Source: Vibrio vulnificus CMCP6
Lineage (GTDB): Bacteria > Pseudomonadota > Gammaproteobacteria > Enterobacterales > Vibrionaceae
Direction of reading: 5' to 3'
Assembly (NCBI RefSeq): GCF_000039765.1
Contig: NC_004459.3
Location: 1,890,001-1,922,000, forward strand
Length of the DNA: 32,000 bases
Position 1 is the first letter of the stretch. Every line of letters starts with the position of its first letter. A program made the position numbers and the translations under genes. Below, piece after piece: positions 27,870 through 32,000 of the stretch. The notes beneath the pieces are model-generated. The model was not told the DNA's origin, ran no database searches, and saw only the letters and a program-made list of their open reading frames with translations.

Positions 27870-29972
27870 ATGAGTTTAGGCCCTTTGGGGATGTCTGGTG
27901 GCATGGATATCAACTCCATGGTCAGCAAAGTTGTCGATGCGGAGCGCGTACCAAAGCAGCAACGCATAGACAATGAGCGGGCTAGGATTGATAGCAGCAT
28001 CAGCGCCTATGGTCGGCTCAGAGAATCGCTGGATACGATGAAAAATCTGATGGCGAACTTTCGTCAGGAGAAGGCTTTCGCGGTGCGAAAAGTCGATACG
28101 ACTGACGATAGTGTCGTCTCAGCCACTGCAACTACCGATGCCATTGCAGGTAAGTATGCCATCGATGTGTTGCAGCTTGCACAGAGCCATAAGGTTGCTT
28201 CGGATGTATTAGCCGAAGATGACAAGTTTGGCCCGGGCAAGCTGCAGATTTCGCTTGGCGACAAATCGTTCGATGTCAACGTCAGCGCAGATTCAAAACT
28301 GGTTGACGTCGTGAGAGGCATAAACGGGGCAAGCAAAAACCTCGGAGTACGTGCCTCCATCATCAATGATGTCGAAGGCCCCCGCCTTATCGTCGCCTCG
28401 ACGGTTTCAGGCAAAGAAAATCAAATCCGAATTCATGTGGATGCCGAACGAGGCAATCCGCTCAAAAAACTCGAATACAAAACCCTCGAAGACCGCGTTA
28501 AAGCACTCGAACAAGCCCGTCTTGCTGCCGAAGAAGTGATCAGCGAAAGCAAACCGGAAGAAGCTGCCGCCACTGACGGTGACATGGTGTCAGAAGAAGC
28601 AGAGCCGCAGGTCGACGAACAGGGCAATCCAATTGAAGCGGCACCTCAAAGTGAGGGTGACGAGCCTCAATTAACCAGTGATACCAAGCTATCCGATGAA
28701 AGTGAACAATCCCCACTTTCCGAGGACGAGCCTATTTCTAGTTTTGGTGCGTCGGCTGCTCAAGCTGGCCAGCAAGCGATTGATGAAGCGCGTCAAACCG
28801 CAGGTTTAATGCCGCAAGACAGCATTGGCGGATGGACGGAAACCGCGTCCGGTACTTTGCTGGATTCTTATCACCGCCCTGAGCTTGAACTTGATGAAGC
28901 GGCCATTGAAAAAGCACCAGACGTACCTGGATGGACGAATACAGCATCCGGCACCTTGACTGACTCCTATGAAACCGTCAAAGAAGCGCAAGCCAAATTT
29001 GAAGCTGAGCAAGCGCGAATTGAGCAAGAACTCGCGCAAGAAAAGGCCAAGATAGAAGAAGAACTGGCACAAGAAAAAGCGGCGTTGGATGAAAAAGTGG
29101 CTAAAGGTGAGTTGACCGAAGAGCAAGCGAAGCAAATTCAGCGCGCGAAGTTGGAGCCGCAAGAGCGTGAACGCTTAGAGCGCATTGATCAAGCGAATGA
29201 GCAACTGAAACAAGCTCAGGAATCGTTTGATACCTACAGCGGTATGACGGAAGTTCAGCAAGGGCAAGATGCGATGGTGGTGTTGGATGGTGTTGCTCAG
29301 CTATCGAGTAACAATAACATTATCGAAGACGCCATTGAAGGGGTTGATCTCGCTCTCAAAGGAGTGACACCTAAAAACAAAGCCCCAGCAGAAATCGGTG
29401 TGGAGTATGATAGACAGAGTGTCCGTGATGACATCGAAACGTTTGTAGCGGCCTATAATCAGTTTTATCAGACGTCGAAAGCGTTGTCGGGTGTCGATCC
29501 TACGACCGGTCAAAAAGGGCCGCTAGCCGGGGACAGCACGGTAAGAAATGCCGACTCTCGTTTAAAGAGTGTTTTCTCGACTCGAATAGAGAAAGCGCCA
29601 GAAAACCTCAAGTCGCTAACAGAATTTGGTATCACCACCACTCGTCAAGGTACGTTGGAAATCAACTACGACATGCTTGATCGTCAGTTGAATAACAATT
29701 TCAATCGTTTGGAAGAGTTCTTTGGTGGAAACACAGGGTTCGCTAAACGTGTCGAAGATGCCATTCACGGTATCACCGGCGTGACCGGTTCTATTCGTAC
29801 TCGTGAGAAAAGTTTATCGGAGCAAAATTACCGGTTGGTTGATGAGCAAGCGGCATTGGATCGCCGCATGGGCAGTTTAGAACAGCGCACCCACTCGAAA
29901 TTTACTGCAATGCAAGACGCAACCAGTAAAATGCAGGGGCAATTAGGCGCATTGATGAACGCTCTGGGATAG
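27870..29972 (+). CDS. fliD: Flagellar hook-associated protein 2 / filament cap FliD
   Basis: N-term GMDINSMVSKVVDAERVPKQQRIDNE and C-term GNTGFAKRVEDAIHGITGVTGSIRTREKSLSEQNYRLVDEQAALDRRM; ATG at 27870 with gaggtg SD. Long acidic/coiled-coil insert. Confidence 0.93.
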   Translation: MSLGPLGMSGGMDINSMVSKVVDAERVPKQQRIDNERARIDSSISAYGRLRESLDTMKNLMANFRQEKAFAVRKVDTTDDSVVSATATTDAIAGKYAIDVLQLAQSHKVASDVLAEDDKFGPGKLQISLGDKSFDVNVSADSKLVDVVRGINGASKNLGVRASIINDVEGPRLIVASTVSGKENQIRIHVDAERGNPLKKLEYKTLEDRVKALEQARLAAEEVISESKPEEAAATDGDMVSEEAEPQVDEQGNPIEAAPQSEGDEPQLTSDTKLSDESEQSPLSEDEPISSFGASAAQAGQQAIDEARQTAGLMPQDSIGGWTETASGTLLDSYHRPELELDEAAIEKAPDVPGWTNTASGTLTDSYETVKEAQAKFEAEQARIEQELAQEKAKIEEELAQEKAALDEKVAKGELTEEQAKQIQRAKLEPQERERLERIDQANEQLKQAQESFDTYSGMTEVQQGQDAMVVLDGVAQLSSNNNIIEDAIEGVDLALKGVTPKNKAPAEIGVEYDRQSVRDDIETFVAAYNQFYQTSKALSGVDPTTGQKGPLAGDSTVRNADSRLKSVFSTRIEKAPENLKSLTEFGITTTRQGTLEINYDMLDRQLNNNFNRLEEFFGGNTGFAKRVEDAIHGITGVTGSIRTREKSLSEQNYRLVDEQAALDRRMGSLEQRTHSKFTAMQDATSKMQGQLGALMNALG
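29016..29081 (+). repeat. Two tandem 11-codon repeats within fliD insert
   Basis: RIEQELAQEKA / KIEEELAQEKA. Confidence 0.85.
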
Positions 29973-29978
29973 TAACGC

Positions 29979-30281
29979 ATGACTCAACTTTCTGAATTGC
30001 GTGATCTCGATCAGCTAATTTCTCAGGAATTAGAAAAAAACGAAATAAATGCTGAAGAATTGGTGCGTTTGGTCGATAACAGGGAACAGTTATTGCAAAA
30101 CCTTCTGCAACTGCTGGTGGATAACCCACAGTTAAAGCATGAGGAAGAGTGGCAATTGATGCTCACTCGGACAAAAGCATTATTTGAACGAATGCAATCT
30201 CAGACCAGTTTAGTTGGCCTTCAACTACAAAAATTGAGGCATGGTCAGCGTTCGCTCCAACAATATAAGAAGTTTACGTAA
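29979..30281 (+). CDS. flaI: Small flagellar protein FlaI-like (FliT-position)
   Basis: 100-aa helical protein between fliD and fliS in the Vibrio polar locus order. Confidence 0.7.
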   Translation: MTQLSELRDLDQLISQELEKNEINAEELVRLVDNREQLLQNLLQLLVDNPQLKHEEEWQLMLTRTKALFERMQSQTSLVGLQLQKLRHGQRSLQQYKKFT

Positions 30282-30293
30282 AAGAGGAATACT

Positions 30294-30704
30294 ATGCGCG
30301 GTTCATTACAGGCTTATAAAAAAGTGTCAGTGGATAGCCAACTCAGTGCTGCGTCGCCGCATAAAGTCATTCAAATGCTGATGGCAGGGGCGATCGAGCG
30401 TCTGATTCAAGGCAAAGCAGCGATGCAAGCGGGTAACATTCCAGTGAAAGGTGAGCGTCTTGGCAAAGCGTTGGACATCATCATTGCACTGCGTAGCTGT
30501 CTCTCAATGGATGACGGTGGTGATATTGCACGTAACCTCGATCAGCTTTACGAATTCATGATCACGCAGATCTCAGGGGCAAATCACAAAAATGACCCAC
30601 AAATGATCGACGATGTGATCGACATCATCCGTGAGATCAAATCGGCTTGGGACCAAATTCCAAACGAGTACCACAATCTCACGGCTGCGGATATTGGAAT
30701 GTAA
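30294..30704 (+). CDS. fliS: Flagellar export chaperone FliS
   Basis: MRGSLQAYKKVSVDSQLSAASPHKVIQMLMAGAIERLIQGKAAM; 136 aa. Confidence 0.95.
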   Translation: MRGSLQAYKKVSVDSQLSAASPHKVIQMLMAGAIERLIQGKAAMQAGNIPVKGERLGKALDIIIALRSCLSMDDGGDIARNLDQLYEFMITQISGANHKNDPQMIDDVIDIIREIKSAWDQIPNEYHNLTAADIGM

Positions 30705-30780
30705 TTCGATATCCATTCTTTCTACCGAGCTCACACCTCCTAATTGCTTGGTTGCCTTATTTTTTTATTCAAATAAAATA

Positions 30781-30812
30781 GAAGCCATTAGTAGCCCTGA
30801 TGGCTTTTTTTG
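30781..30812 (+). terminator. Candidate terminator after fliS
   Basis: gaagccat...atggcttttttt, imperfect stem (agccat/atggct) then T-run. Confidence 0.6.
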
Positions 30813-30935
30813 TTGCTGATTTTCCTGTTTTGTCTATCGTTAATTGAGTGATCTTTAAACAAATTGATCATTTTGATTTCGCATATCAAGGTTTGGCCGC
30901 AACACATCATAAAACAAAGGCAATAATCGGTACTT

Positions 30936-32000
30936 ATGCAAGGTTTGGCAAAGCTGCTTGTAATAGAAGACGATGAAGCGAATCGTCTTAACTTACGCAA
31001 TATACTGGAATTCGTTGGAGAGAGTTGCGAAGCCCTACGTTCTGATCAGATAGAAAATGCAGATTGGTCAAAGATCTGGTCAGGGGTTATCGTTGGTTTC
31101 GTCGACAATAAGTCCATCACAACTGTGATGGCAAAACTGAACTCCGCCCACCATATCCCTTTACTCGTGTTGGGGGATTTTTCTCATCCTGTAGAACACC
31201 TGCCTAACCTGATTGGTGAGTTGGAATTCCCACTTAACTATCCTCAGCTCAGCGAAGCACTAAGACACTGTAAAGAGTTTTTGGGTCGTAAAGGCGTCAA
31301 TGTTGTTGCCTCGGCACGTAAGAATACCCTCTTCCGCAGTCTTGTCGGTCAAAGCTTAGGTATTCAAGAAGTTCGTCATCTAATCGAACAAGTGGCAGCG
31401 ACCGAAGCGAATGTTTTGATCTTGGGTGAATCGGGGACGGGTAAAGAAGTGGTCGCGCGTAATATCCACTATCATTCCTCACGTCGCAATGGTCCTTTTG
31501 TGCCAATCAATTGCGGCGCGATTCCACCAGATTTACTTGAAAGTGAACTGTTTGGTCACGAAAAAGGGGCTTTTACTGGTGCGTTAACCACGCGCAAAGG
31601 GCGTTTTGAATTAGCTGAAGGTGGCACACTTTTCTTGGATGAAATTGGCGATATGCCAATGGCAATGCAGGTTAAGTTGCTTCGTGTGCTGCAAGAGCGT
31701 TGTTTTGAACGCGTAGGTGGCAACACCACCATTAAAGCCAATGTGCGCATTATTGCGGCAACACATCGCAATTTAGAAACCATGATCGACGATGAAAAGT
31801 TCCGCGAAGATCTTTTCTACCGTCTCAACGTGTTCCCCATTGAGATGCCTGCGCTTAAAGAGCGCAAAGAAGACATTCCTTTGTTACTGCAAGAGCTCAT
31901 GACACGTCTGCAAGCCGAAGGGGGATTACCAATTTGTTTTACCCCTCGTGCGATCAACTCCTTAATGGAGCATGATTGGCCAGGTAATGTGCGTGAATTG
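30936..32000 (+). CDS. flrA: Sigma-54-dependent flagellar master regulator FlrA (FleQ family), truncated by window end
   Basis: Open frame from ATG 30936 through 32000; [23 protein letters not shown]+ motifs; downstream of fliS. Not in the supplied ORF track because it runs off the end. Confidence 0.93.
   Translation, partial: MQGLAKLLVIEDDEANRLNLRNILEFVGESCEALRSDQIENADWSKIWSGVIVGFVDNKSITTVMAKLNSAHHIPLLVLGDFSHPVEHLPNLIGELEFPLNYPQLSEALRHCKEFLGRKGVNVVASARKNTLFRSLVGQSLGIQEVRHLIEQVAATEANVLILGESGTGKEVVARNIHYHSSRRNGPFVPINCGAIPPDLLESELFGHEKGAFTGALTTRKGRFELAEGGTLFLDEIGDMPMAMQVKLLRVLQERCFERVGGNTTIKANVRIIAATHRNLETMIDDEKFREDLFYRLNVFPIEMPALKERKEDIPLLLQELMTRLQAEGGLPICFTPRAINSLMEHDWPGNVREL

Noticed and set aside
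28064-29162. Minus-strand ORFs opposite fliD, including a 118-aa ORF rich in Phe/Leu
   Set aside because: Composition is the direct complement of the Glu/Lys-rich coiled-coil insert; no independent support.
1-32000. Search for mobile elements, CRISPR arrays, toxin-antitoxin or defence systems
   Set aside because: No transposase, integrase, regularly spaced repeats, tRNA attachment site or known defence domain was seen; gene order matches conserved gammaproteobacterial synteny.

Overview
This 32 kb window looks like ordinary core chromosome from a Vibrio (Vibrionaceae) species, judged from gene content and order. I found no convincing mobile element, defence island, CRISPR array, rRNA or tRNA. 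From left to right it carries: fadE (-); gmhA/lpcA and a YafJ-type glutamine amidotransferase (+); purM-purN (-); upp (+); uraA (-); a DUF2066 protein (+); a BepA-like M48 peptidase, arsC-like reductase, WrbA-like flavoprotein and DUF2069 protein (-); a TusA-like protein and PerM (+); gcvR and bcp (-); dapA and bamC (+); an Spx/ArsC-like protein, dapE, a VanY-like M15 peptidase and a DUF2897 protein (-); several small conserved hypotheticals; a Dyp-type peroxidase; and the polar flagellar locus flaF-flaB-flaA-flaG-fliD-flaI-fliS-flrA (flrA truncated by the window end). The best second-look items are in the flagellar block: three tandem flagellins each with a readable FliA-type promoter; a near-perfect sigma-54 -24/-12 element in the flaF-flaB intergenic region where a sigma-28 promoter is also present; two mutually exclusive hairpins in the flaB leader; and a large acidic, coiled-coil, internally repeated insert in FliD. 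I did not find a clearly undescribed biological system. Product names are from recognised protein sequence features, not database searches.
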